Shown here one piece after another: positions 39,611 to 51,671 of a stretch of 64,000 nt of DNA. The stretch spans positions 12,834,001 to 12,898,000 of the forward strand of contig OX597840.1 in NCBI GenBank assembly GCA_951406725.2, given 5' to 3'. The translations under genes and the position numbers were made by a program. The notes beneath the pieces are model-generated. The model saw only the letters and a list, made by a program, of their open reading frames with translations. It was not told where the DNA came from and made no database searches. The DNA is from Octopus vulgaris. Its lineage: Eukaryota. Within the stretch, counting starts at the first letter, position 1. The number at the start of each line of letters is the position of its first letter.

Positions 39611-40463
39611 CATAGTACCACCCAAGTTGTCCCTGTCTGTGAAGCTTTAATTACACGAAATACTGCAATCCATCAGGACCTTGCTGGTCTCAACTTGACT
39701 TTATGAGGATCTTGATGGAACGTGGCTATTGCTTTGACGCAGCTTCTCAGAGGGAAATTGTCCGTGACATCAAAGAAAAGTGCTGCTATGTTGCTCTAGA
39801 TCAGTGGTTTTCAACCAGGGTTCCGCGAATACATTCCAGGTGTTCCGCAAGAAGTTACAAACTGCTAAAATCGGCAGTAATTTTTAATTCTCCTGTGCAG
39901 ATATGTGTGCATAAGACTATTAAATTATTGCCCAGGGGTTCCCCAAGCCAGTGGAATGTTTCCTTGGTGTTCCGCTCCAGCAAAAAGCTTAAAAAGCATT
40001 GCTCTAGACTTTGAACAGCAAATGGAGACAACAGCCTCTTCTTCATCTTTGGAAATGAGTTATGAACTACCTGATGGACAATTCATTACCATTGGAAATG
40101 AACGACTCCGAGTCCCAGAACCTATGCTCAAGCCAAGTTTACTTGGAATGGAATATGATGGTCTTCATAAAACAACATATAACTCAATCATGAAAATGTG
40201 ATGAGGAACTCCGAAAAGGTCTTTTTGCCAACATCATGTTGTCCAGGCATTCAACAATGTTTCCAGGTTTTGTTGAGCGTATGAAAAAGGAAATCAGTGC
40301 CTTGGCACCACCTGACACAGAGGTTAATGTCATTGCTCTACCAGAACGTGAATACACTCCATAGATTGGTGGTTCTAGTTTGGTTTCTGAGCTTTCCTTC
40401 AAAGGTATGAAGTCTAAAAGAAAATGTTACGAATCTAGTTCATTCATCCATTGTACAAAATGA
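39611..40463 (+). pseudogene. 5'-truncated actin-like pseudogene, copy 2
   Basis: Same lesions as copy 1. The MITE is at 39802-40001 with TSD CTCTAGAT/CTCTAGAC and a small internal deletion. Confidence 0.93.
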
Positions 40464-40548
40464 GTGTAATATGTTAAATATATGTCATTATTTATATTAT
40501 TTACATTATTTACATTCAAGGGATATTTGTCCTCATCTTGTTTGTTGT

Positions 40549-40605
40549 TAACACAACATTTCAGCTGATATACCCTCCAGCCTTCTTCAGGTGTCTTGGG
40601 GAAAT
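40549..40605 (-). ncRNA. Decayed minimal hammerhead motif (copies at ~1320-1362 and, truncated, ~47667-47705)
   Basis: Minus strand: GACAC-CTGAAGA-a-GGCTG-gagggtatat-CAGCT-GAA-ATGT-T-GTGTT. Stems I and II pair. Stem III looks like CpG-decayed ACGT. Confidence 0.5.
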
Positions 40606-40641
40606 TTCAAACCTGGGTTCTCATTCCTAAGGTATTTTTGA

Positions 40642-40684
<43 letters not shown>

Positions 40685-40685
40685 A

Positions 40686-40756
<71 letters not shown>

Positions 40757-41032
40757 TTTATATGCCCATTGTCATATAGCGTAGTGGTTAAAAGCGCGGG
40801 CTACTAAGGCCAAAATTCCAAGTTCAATTCCAGGAAGTGACCAGAATAATAATAATAATAATGATAATGATAGGTTCAATTTTGCTGTAAGTACCTTGAA
40901 CACATAATATCTATTATAGTTCCTGGCAAATAAAAATCGTGTGAAAGTATTTGATAAGTTAAAACTAGTAAGGTCTTCTTATATGTGTACACACACACAC
41001 ACACAGATGTATATATATACACACAATCACAC

Positions 41033-41085
<53 letters not shown>

Positions 41086-41441
41086 AATAAAAGAATGTAT
41101 ATATATGATTCTGTGTTTAAATGTATGTATGTATGTATGTGTGTGTGTATATATATATATATATACATACACTCATGCATACATACATTTAAGCACAAAA
41201 TCATATATATACATTCTTTTATTCTATTACTTGTTTCAGCCATTTGACTGTGGCCATACTGGAGCACTGCCTTTAGTTAAACAAATTGCCCACAGGAGTT
41301 ATTCTTTGTAAGCCTAGTACTTATTCTATCAGTTCTTTTGCCGAACTGCTAAGTTACAGGGATGTAAGCACATCAACATCTGTTGTCAAGTGATGATGGG
41401 TGAGAGGACAGAGGGACAAAACACAGACACATAAACACGCA

Positions 41442-41479
<38 letters not shown>

Positions 41480-41636
41480 CGTCGGGCTTCTTCCAGTTTC
41501 CATCTACCAAATCTACTGACAAGGATTTGGGTGGTCTGAGACTACATTAGAAGACACTTGTCTTGTACCCAGAACCATCTTACTACACAGCCACACCTGC
41601 ACCTATATATATACACACACACACACACACACATAT

Positions 41637-42115
41637 ACTCTTTTACTCTTTTACTCTTTTACTTGTTTCAGCCATCCGGCTGAGGCCATGCTGGGGCACC
41701 GCCCTTGTTGCTACCCTCTCTAAGTCCAGTTTGCCGTGGCTGGCCACTGATCTAAGAGAGAGTTTGTAGCTGCTGCCCTTAGGTTACCTTCGTACCTTGC
41801 AGTGGGTTCATCTGGGATCCCGGAAAGCAGCTTGTCTAGATGTTTTTTGAAAATGTCCACATCCGCATCATGTAGATCTCTTAGTTTTCTTGGCAGTTTG
41901 TTGAACAGCTGAGGGCCCCTGAACCCCAGGCTATTACAGTATCTGCTCCTTACCCTGGATGTGGAAGACGGGACCTTTGGCACCACACAGTGACGTCCTG
42001 TACGGGGATTGGAACAGCTCTCAATTCCAAAATTTGGTGCTAGTCCCTCCAGGACCCTCCATACGCACATCACTGCACACCTTTCTCGCATTCGCCCCAA
42101 GGAGTACAAACCTGT
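41637..42115 (-). mobile_element. 3' end of a CR1/L2-group LINE
   Basis: GLYSLGRMRER..VWRVLEGLAPN..RTGRHC..NSLGFRGPQLFNKLP..FKKHLDKLLSGIPDEP..NSLLDQ, followed by a short 3'UTR and a (GTAAAAGA)n tail. Confidence 0.82.
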
Positions 42116-42247
42116 GATGAGACAGTGCATCATCATTAAAGAACTTTGGAAGTCTGTTTACAACCTGAATCTGCTTTTTATGAAATTATCTCCGATACTT
42201 CATGAGTGTAGCCTCACCCACTAAGATGTTTGGAGAACTCATATGTG

Positions 42248-42338
42248 TTTTAGCTGATGAGTACGGGACACTTTTATCTGCTGCAATATTTGCAACTTTT
42301 AATAAAGCCTGTCTTTGTATGAAACAATTGTACTAAAA
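42248..42338 (+). ncRNA. Putative type I hammerhead ribozyme (best example in window)
   Basis: TTTTAG-CTGATGA-GTACGGGACA..TGTCTTTGTAT-GAA-AC-aatt-GT-A-CTAAAA. Stem I is a perfect 6 bp, the core is canonical and stem III is palindromic (ACAATTGT). Predicted cut after 42332. Confidence 0.75.
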
Positions 42339-42357
42339 ACTAATCCATTCTTTCTCG

Positions 42358-42389
<32 letters not shown>

Positions 42390-42430
42390 CATACATATAT
42401 ATATATATGTATATGTATATATAAATATAT

Positions 42431-42549
<119 letters not shown>

Positions 42550-42611
42550 TATATCAATGAAATAAAATAAAATAAAATCAAATGAAATAAAAAACAGAAC
42601 ACAAAGGATGT

Positions 42612-42705
42612 TGTGGTACACATGTTTCGAGCTTTATACAATAACCTATTCTTACATCAATGTGTAATCGACATAACAGATGGCTTAAAGCTCTCTTCAG
42701 CCGCA
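42612..42705 (-). ncRNA. Putative hammerhead ribozyme (duplicate of 3111-3204)
   Basis: TGCGG-CTGAAGA-GAGCTTTA..TAAAGCTC-GAA-AC-atgt-GT-A-CCACA. Confidence 0.7.
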
Positions 42706-43809
42706 TGCAATTGCTATACCAAAGACCTGTATCACATTGTGAAAAGTCCGAAAAGGAACATTTGGCTTTATCTATAATGGTAGGTATATTGAGTTTCACT
42801 GAGAAAGTATGTTTGTAAATCTTCGTAATCAAATAGGTGTGCAGGGTATTATTGGACTTCGGAAATCCGTCCATACTGAATCATCAGTCAATACAGAGTT
42901 AATGCTGAGTAGATTCTAGCGGGTTCATTCCTCTTGTAAGGGAAGGAAATAAGGAGAATTGTAGGTTGAGAAAAAAGAGAAAGAAAAGGAAAAAGAAGAA
43001 TAAAGGGGAAGAGAAGGAAACGGTAATAATGTAGGGATCACAAGTAAAAATATAAATATAAATGATGTACTTGCATAGCAAGTGATTTGATCTGAGATCG
43101 TGTGCTGAAACGAAAATAATTGCAGCGTGGAAGGTATTTGTAAGCCATTTAAGAAACACACAAAAGCCGTTCGATTCACTTAACATTTAAGTTTAGTGAA
43201 CAGGTCACGGTCTTAAAGCGACGAAAATATTTTGACAAATTAAACTTAAATGTTGAAGTGAATCGAACGGCTTTTGTGGGTTTCTTAAATGGCTTACAAA
43301 CACCTACCATGTTAAATATAAATGGATATAATACAATAAAATATAATAAAAAAATATAAAGATGTAAAAATATAAAAATATAAAACCGTAAAAAAGTATA
43401 AAAAACGTAAGGTATAAAGCTATAAATTCTAGAAATGTATTGTAAAAATGTAAAATGTACAAAAATAAAAATAAAAATAAAAGGATACAAAGACAAAAGA
43501 ATTAAGATAGAGAGATAAGATGTTAAAAAGTTTTGATGCTGTGGTAAGCTTCATAAATTACTTCTAATTACCAGAGGAAGGGGGAATGAAATTTGATATT
43601 GCTGTAGTGAGTGGTCAGTTTATGGCAATCTGTGGCTACATGCTTTAAGTATTTCTTGCATGTGAGTGCCTGTGTCTACATACTCACCCACAAGCACATA
43701 TATAAACCTGATACATACAGCTAATGATATGTAAGTATCATTACACACACATAACCACACCCATGTAAAACTCACTAAACATATACATACACACACACAT
43801 ATATCTCTC

Positions 43810-44187
43810 TATTTACTCTTTTACTTGTTTCAGTCATTCGACTGCGGCCATGCTGGAGCACCGCCTTTAGTCGAGCAAATCGACCCCGGGACTTATTCTT
43901 TTTAAGCCCAGTATTTATTCTATCGGTCTCTTTTGCCGAACCGCTAAGTGACGGGGACGTAAACACACCAGCATCGGTTGTCAAGCAATGCTAGGGGGAC
44001 AAACACAGGCACACAAACACACACACATACATATATACGACAGGCTTCTTTCAGTTTCCGTCTACAAGGCATTGGTCGACCCGGGACTATAGCAGAGACA
44101 CTTGCCCAAGATGCCACGCAGTGGGACTGAACCCGGAACCATGTGGTTGGTTAGCAAGCTACTTGCCACACAGCCACTCCTGCACCC
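43810..44187 (-). mobile_element. tRNA-derived (CORE-like) SINE (paralogue of 3833-4188)
   Basis: Shares diagnostic variants with 3833-4188. Confidence 0.87.
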
Positions 44188-44453
44188 ATATATATATATA
44201 TATATAAAATTAGAAAATGGAGAAACATACTTAAATCAATAAAACATCAACTATCAGATGATACCCAATCAATACTTTATTACACCATTACATATCAGTA
44301 AAGGCATTATACAAAATATATAGTAAATATAAATAGACAAGGAAATAGAAATATAAAATATAAAATATAATATGGCGGTGCTCCAGCATGGCCGCAGTCA
44401 AATGACTGAAACAAGTAAAAGAGAAAAGAGAAAAAGAGAATGTAATTATATCA

Positions 44454-44567
44454 TATCTGACAGCTGTTTCGGCAGTAAGGGCAGTCATACCTCATTTAAC
44501 CTATAAGCCATAAAGGCAGGTATAAATGAGGCATTAACAAGGATGCCCCACGGCCTCTTCAGAGAAT
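44454..44567 (-). ncRNA. Putative hammerhead ribozyme in a PLE terminal fragment (~44210-44990)
   Basis: Minus strand: ATTCT-CTGAAGA-GGCCGT..ACTGCC-GAA-AC-agct-GT-C-AGAT. It is a diverged relative of 35668-35780 with the core unchanged. Confidence 0.7.
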
Positions 44568-45085
44568 TTAATTTGTTATAATTGTGAAAAAATTATTTTT
44601 TCATATACATATAAATATAAAAATATAAAAATGTAAAATATAAAAACTTGTGCATAAACTCCATAATGCTACACATATATAATATATATAATACTCATTG
44701 ATACAATAATGCAAGGTAAACAAAACAAAATAAAACAAAATATATATCAGTGTATATATTAATATTAATAAGCACAGTTATTTTACATATTTGGCTAATA
44801 GTTCTAAAAACTAACACATAGGGAGATGTATGCGCACTACTATTTAAATTAAAATCATACCTATACCTGAAAATAATAATAAAAAAACCATAGTTCAGTT
44901 CATAAAATTATAAACCTATAAAAGTCAATATAAATTACTGTTAATATTAATAATAATAATAATAATAATAAATACAGTTAAGTTAGCACCAAGTCCATCC
45001 ATTCAAAATCGGAATAACTCATCTTCAGTTGCCATCGTTTCATCTACTCTACGTTTCGAAGGTATATATATATATATATATATAT

Positions 45086-46336
45086 AAAATAGTAAAAAGT
45101 GAAAAAACTACAGAAGGCTTGTTTAAAAAGGTTTAAAAATATATATTTGAGTCAATATGTCTGAAGAATATTATAAATTTTTTTCTTACAATGACATAAT
45201 TTAGAAGAAAGACTGGTTTTGCGTTTAGCTTTTCAAATTTCTTACGTCGTTATGTTTATGTTGAGTAGAGTTATCGTTATGTTTATGTTGAAAAGAGTTC
45301 TAAATAAGGGGAGGTAATGAGTGATTTCTTCCGGTGTAAGGGAGATAATCGCTTAAAATTTTTTGCCTTTCCCTTGGTGTGAATTTCTCTGTATCAGTAT
45401 GTTAAAATGGTTAAGTCTGGGCTTGTACTTTTCAATGAAGAATGTTTCCTTGTTTAGTCTAATTTGTGTTGATGATCCAATAGCACATTGGTAAAATGGA
45501 AATTCTAAAAGGAAATTCTAAACATACACCAAATCATTAAAAGCTACAAACAACCTAAATCACTTAAAAAGATTCTCACAAAGGCAAAATTGTTTTCTGA
45601 AATTACGGATGCAAAAGTAAAAAAATGTGGTAGATCGAACTGTGCAACATGTCCAAACCTGCTAGAAGGATCAGAATTCCTCTTCAAAGAGGGACAGAAA
45701 TTCAAGATCAAATCTAACTTTACTTGTGCCTCTGAAAACATAATTTATGTCATAAAATGCTCGGGCTGCCACCAAGACTACGTGGGATCCACGGGACTAT
45801 CACTCAGACGTAGATGCACACTGCATCGACAACAGATTGCATTCCCAGAATACAGAATGATACCTTTTAGTGAGCACATTGAGAAATGCGCAAAGCAACT
45901 ACTACCACAATTTTTAATCTTTCCATTTTACCAATGTGCTATCGGATCATCAACACAAATTAGACTAAACAAGGAAACATTCTTCATTGAAAAGTACAAG
46001 CCCAGACTTAACCATTCCAACATACTGATACAGAGAAATTCACACCAAGGGAAAGGCAAAAAATTTTAAGCGATTATCTCCCTTACGTAAGAAGAAATCA
46101 CTCATTACCTCCCCTTATTTAGAACTCTTTTCAACATAAACATAACGATAACTCTACTCAACATAAACATAACGACGTAAGAAATTTGAAAAGCTAAACG
46201 CGAAACCAGTCTTTCTTCTAAATTATGTCATTGTAAGATAAAAATTTATAATATTCTTCAGACATATTGACTCAAATATATATTTTTTAACCTTTTTAAA
46301 CAAGCCTTCTGTAGTTTTTTCACTTTTTACTATTTT
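45086..46336 (+). mobile_element. 5'-truncated Penelope-like element with inverted terminal repeat and open GIY-YIG ORF (45590-46069)
   Basis: KKCGRSNCATC..FTCASENIIYVIKCSGCHQDYVGSTGLSLRRRCTLHRQQI..HIEKC..RLNKETFFIEKYKPRLN. 45086-45502 is a near-perfect reverse complement of 45920-46336. Confidence 0.92.
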
Positions 46337-46379
46337 CTATATATTCAACCACGTGCTTTCACAAACCAACTTTCTTATC

Positions 46380-46436
<57 letters not shown>

Positions 46437-46514
46437 ATATGTGTATGTATATGTATGTGTGTATGTATGTATGTATGTATGTATGTATATAGGTGGGTGT
46501 GTATATATGTATAT

Positions 46515-47505
46515 ACATATATATATATATATATTACCTGGGACGTAGTCAGTCCACCTGTGCATACCTTCCTTCTTGTGACACTTATGAAGACCTGTTG
46601 AGGCAAGTGAAAATCAAATCAAAACAAATCAAAATAGATGAACATCAATGGAATTGTATCTTTGTGGTACCAGTGCCGGTGGCACACAAGAAAACCACCC
46701 AAACGTGGCCGTAGCCAGTACCGCATCGACTGGCCTCTGTGCTGTGGGCACAACAAACACCATCCGATCGTGGCCGTTCGCCAGCCTCATCTGGCACCTG
46801 TGTCGGTGGCACATAAAAACACCATCCGAAGACCCGGCGACGTAGTCAGTCCACCTGTGCATACCTTCCCTCTTATGACACCATCCAAAGACCCGGCAAG
46901 ACTAGTCAGGCCATAACCCGCGGCCCCTACCTGGGACGTAGTCAGTCCACCTGTGCATACCTTCCTTCTTATGACACTTGTGAAGACCTGTTGAGGCAAG
47001 TATGTGACACTTGTGAAGACCTGTTGAGGCAAGTGTGTGACAGTTGTGAAGACCTGTTGAGGCAAGTGAAAATCAAACCAAATCAAAATAGATGAACATC
47101 AATGGAATTTGTATCTCTGTGGTACCAGTGCCGGTGGCACACAAGAAAACCATCCGAACGTGGCTGTAGCCAGTACCGCATCGACTGGCCTCCGTGCTGT
47201 GGGCACGTAACAAACACCATCCGATCGTGGCCGTTCGCCAGCCTCATCTGGCACATGTGTCGGTGGCACATAAAAAACACCATCCGAGCGTGGCCGTTCG
47301 CCAGCCTCGTCTGGCACCTGTGTCGGTGGCACATAAAATCACCCACTACACTCTCGGAGTGGTTGGCGTTAGGAAGGGCATCCAGCTGTAGAAACACTGC
47401 CAGATCTGACTGGCCTGGTGCAGCCTTCGGGCTCCCCAGACTCCAGTTGAACCGTCCAACCCATGCTAGCATGGAAAGCGGACGTTAAATGAGGATGATG
47501 ATGAT
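46515..47505 (+). mobile_element. SINE-like element with RTE-type tail and nested internal tandem duplications
   Basis: Repeated modules GGACGTAGTCAGTCCACCTGTGCATACC, GTGACACTTGTGAAGACCTGTTGAGGCAAGT (x3) and ~60-bp CCATCCGA..GTGGCACA. Tail GGACGTTAAATGAGGATGATG. A related copy lies at 57545-57930. Confidence 0.72.
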
Positions 47506-47782
47506 ATATATTGGACAGTTCAGTCACAGCAGATGCTGCATATCATCAAAGTAGGCCCCATCCTTGGCGCAACCCATTGTCTATCAAGACAGACGGGGAT
47601 AAAGATATATATATATATATATATGCATACACATATATGTATATATATAGGTGTGTGTGTGCGTATGTGAAGGCTGGAGGGTATATCAGCTGAAATGTTG
47701 TGTTAACAACAAACAAGATGAGGAAAAATAATGTAAATAAGGTAAATAATGTAAATAATGACATATATTTAACATATTACAC

Positions 47783-48654
47783 TCATTTTGTACAATGGAT
47801 GAATGAACTAGATTCGTAATATTTTCTTTTAGACTTCATACCTTTGAAGGAAAGCTCAGAAACCAATCTAGAACCACCAATCTATGGAGTGTATTCACGT
47901 TCTGGTAGAGCAATGACATTAACCTCTGTGTCAGGTGGTGCCAAGGCACTGATTTCCTTTTTCATACGCTCAACAAAACCTGGAAACATTGTTGAATACC
48001 CGGACAACACGATGTTGGCGAAAAGACCTTTTCGGAGTTCCTCATCACATTTTCATGATTGAGTTATATGTTGTTTTATGAAGACCATCATATTCCATTC
48101 CAAGTAAACTTGGCTTGAGCATAGGTTCTGGGACTCGGAGTCGTTCATTTCCAATGGTAATGAATTGTCCACCAGGTAGTTCATAACTCATTTCCAAAGA
48201 TGAAGAAGAGGCTGTTGTCTCCATTTGCTGTTCAAAGTCTAGAGCAATGCTTTTTAAGCTTTTTGCTGGAGCGGAACCCCAAGGAAACATTCCACTGGCT
48301 CGAGGAACCCCTGTGCAATAATTTAATAGTCTTATGCACACATATCTGCAGAGGAGAATTAAAAATTACTGCCGATTTTAGCAGTTTTGTAACTTCTTGC
48401 GGAACACCTGGACTGTATTGGCGGAACCCTAAGGTTCCGCGGAACCCTGGTTGAAAACCGCTGGTCTAGAGCAACATAGCAGCACTTTTCTTTGATGTCC
48501 CGGACAATTTCCCTCTGAGAAGCTGCATCAAAGCAATAGCCACGTTCCATCAAGATCCTCATAAAGTCAAGTTGAGACCAGCAAGGTCCTGATGGATTGC
48601 AGTATTTCGTGTAATTAAAGCTTCACAGACAGGGACAACTTGGGTGATACTATG
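47783..48654 (-). pseudogene. 5'-truncated actin-like pseudogene, copy 3 (inverted)
   Basis: Reverse complement of copies 1 and 2. The MITE is at 48245-48463 with TSD GTCTAGAG on both sides. Confidence 0.93.
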
Positions 48655-49639
48655 ACAACTGATGCTGGTGTGTTTACGTCCCCATAACCTAGCGGCTTAC
48701 ATTAATGGTACACATGACTGAGGAGTACTCAGCCACTTATCAAATACAATGAACAGATCTGACGTTGCTATAGGTTGATGTAAAATGTATTTGTGTATAT
48801 GTGTGTGTATGTGGTGTTACATGTGTGTTTCTTTGTGTCTGTGTTTTCTCCCCACAATATAAATGTTTTTCTATTTTTTTCCTTTACAAGTTTCAGCCAT
48901 TAGACTGCGACCATGCTGGAGCACTGTCTAAAAGAAATTTTAGTTGAATGTATCAAACCCAGTACTTATTTTTTAAAAGCATGGTAATCATTCTATCGGT
49001 TTCTTTTGCCAAACCACTAAGTTACAATAATAAAGACAGTTGATTTGTAAACAAAGAATAAAATACTGTTTGAGGCTTAGCAAGGATTCTTTTTGACTCT
49101 AATCAATGAATGGGGAACCCCATGCCTGCAGCAGGTAGCATTTGAAATGGGGGCAGGGGCTATAAATCTCATGTTTAGAGTTTGAAATAGATCTGGGTCC
49201 AGGGAGTCTTTAAGGATCTTTGCTCCCTCTGCTATGCAAAGCCTGCATTGTCTGCTCCCATTTATGTAAGGCCCTGGTTGCTCTATGATCTTCCATTTAA
49301 TTTCATGTGGAGTACCTTCATCTTTAAGGTACCATACATGGTTAACCTGGGATGTGATGTACCATCTTTCTGGAATCCTGAATGAGTACCTGTGGTGGTA
49401 TAGGTGCTGCTTAAAGGCAGTTCCAGCTAACCTGATATACCTCCAAACTTGCATGCTGGTAGTGTTCATCTTCTGTTGGCTCCAGGCCTGGGGGTTGTTG
49501 CTGCCACTGCTGTTACTGAAGCTGTCATTGGTACTGTTATTATGGGATGTGTGTCTGGTGACATTGCTATAGTTATTGTCGTTGCAGTAGTCATCTCTGT
49601 CCATACTACTGGTGTTGCTGCTTCTGTTGCCAATGATGT

Positions 49640-49925
49640 TCACCTGATCAACCTGGCCAAATCCAAGATTGGTCTGTTGAGCAAATGTATACTAAAGAAG
49701 ATCAATGTCAACATAAGGGGAACCTCCAACCTCTCATTATAGTAGAGCACCAACGAGGTAATTTCATGGTTTAATGCCAACCATGAGAAGGGCAGAGCAT
49801 GGTTTACACAATTCGACATTATTGACTTTTACTTGTCTATATCGAAAGCGTTGCTGATCAAAGCATTTTCCTTTGCTAGGGGCTTCACTTAAATTAGTGA
49901 TAGAGACATAGGCATCATCATGTTC
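49640..49925 (+). mobile_element. PLE reverse-transcriptase fragment
   Basis: LINLAKSKIGLLSKCILKKIN..WF..FTQFDIIDFYLSISKALLIKAFSFA (cf. PLE RLINPAKSEIG..FDIxxFYPSI). Confidence 0.78.
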
Positions 49926-50253
49926 AGAATGTTAAGGATTCTTATTTCTTTATTGCCCACAAGGGGCTAAACATAGAGGGGACAAACAAGGACAGACAAA
50001 CGGATTGAGCCGATTACATTGACCCCAGTGCATAACTGGTACTTAATTTATCGACCCCAAAAGCATCAAAGGATGAAAGGCAAAGTCGACCTTGGTGGAA
50101 TTTGAACTCACAATGTAGCGGCAGACAAAATATTGCTAAGCATTTCACCCAGCGTGCTAATGTTTCTGCCAGCTCGCTGCCTTTTAAGGATGTTAAGGAT
50201 TCTGCCACCTCACTGCCTAAAACAATAACGAAATTAAAAGAAAGAAAATATAA

Positions 50254-50500
50254 GCAGTAGTACCAATAATTGACGGAGCCCTGGGAACAGTGAGTAAAAA
50301 TCTTGAGAAGTACATGGAACAAATAGGGGCTGCAATAAGGGTGGAGCACTTGCAGAAAACAGCACTGCTTGGAACCACTCGAATACTCCGGATGGTGCTC
50401 AAAAAATAAGGGGTGTTATCTTAGTCCACTGGTAGTGAACAGCTGACACTGGTACATCTCCAGCATTAGAAGCTGTGCAAACACAATAAAATAATAATAA
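50254..50500 (+). mobile_element. 3' end of an RLE-type (R4/Dong-like) non-LTR retrotransposon
   Basis: AVVPIIDGALGTVSKNLEKYMEQIG..LQKTALLGTTRILRMVL, then a short 3'UTR and a (TAA)n tail. Confidence 0.75.
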
Positions 50501-50627
50501 TTTTGTTTTTCTTTCAACTTTAGGCATCAGACCTGAAATGTTATAAGGGAGGGGCCTAGTCAATTATATCGCCTCCACCCCGTGCACAATTGGTATTTAC
50601 TTCATCAACTCCAAAAAGGTGAAGCAT

Positions 50628-51035
50628 AGGCGCAGGAGTGGCTATGTGGTAAGTAGCTTGTTTACCAACCACATGGCTCCGGGTTCAGTCCCACTGCGTG
50701 GCACCTTGGGCAAGTGTCTTCTACTATAGCCTCAGGCCGACCAAAGCCTTGTGAGTGGATTTGGTAGACGGAAAATGAAAGAAGCCCGTCGTATATATGT
50801 ATATATATATATATATGTATGTATATGTGTGTGTCTGTGTTTGTCCCCCTAGCATTGCTTGACAACCGATGCTGGTGTGGTTATGTCCCCATCACTTAGC
50901 GGTTCGGCAAAAGAGACTGATAGAATGAGTACCTGGCTTACAAAGAATAAGTCCCGGGGTCGAGTTGCTCGATTAAAGGCGGTGCTCCAGCATGGCCACA
51001 GTCAAATGACTGAAACAAGTAAAAGAGAGAGTAAA
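50628..51035 (+). mobile_element. Full-length tRNA-derived (CORE-like) SINE
   Basis: AGGCGCAGGAGTGGCTATGTGGTAAG..GGTTCAGTCCC..CACCTTGGGCAAGTG..GGCGGTGCTCCAGCATGGCC..TGAAACAAGTAAAAG. Confidence 0.9.
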
Positions 51036-51671
51036 GCCAACTTCAGTGGAATTTGAACTCAGAATATAAAACTTAACGCTATACTATTAAATATTTTTTG
51101 GCCTGTGTGCTAACAATTCTGCCAGCTCACCATCTTCCTACAAGACAACCTTTTTCTTTCAAAGTGATTCAAAGTTAACTCTTCCATTAATATTTTAGAT
51201 TGCTTCATGTTCCAAATGCCAACTTAATTATGACCAAGTTATTTCACTGAATTCTTTATTATTAACACTATTAATTGAAACAAAGGCATTTATTTCAACA
51301 GAAATATAAAGAAAAGAAGGATTAAATCAATCCATTCTGGGATTATCATTATCTCATCTTTCATATGGTCAGAAATACCAGATGCCATACCAACAATACA
51401 TATAGACATTCATATATCATACATATGTGTATATATATATATATATATGCATACATATATAATGCATATATATACACACACATATATACACACATGTGGT
51501 TGGTTAGCAAGCTACTTATCACACAGCCACTCCTGCGCCTATCTGTATATTATCCATCTATCTATACGTTGAATAAAATTATAATTAACTGATCCTGCTG
51601 TATTTTCTTTAACCCAAAGCCAGGAATTTTTCGGCAACCCCCCATATATATCATCATCATTATCATCGTTA

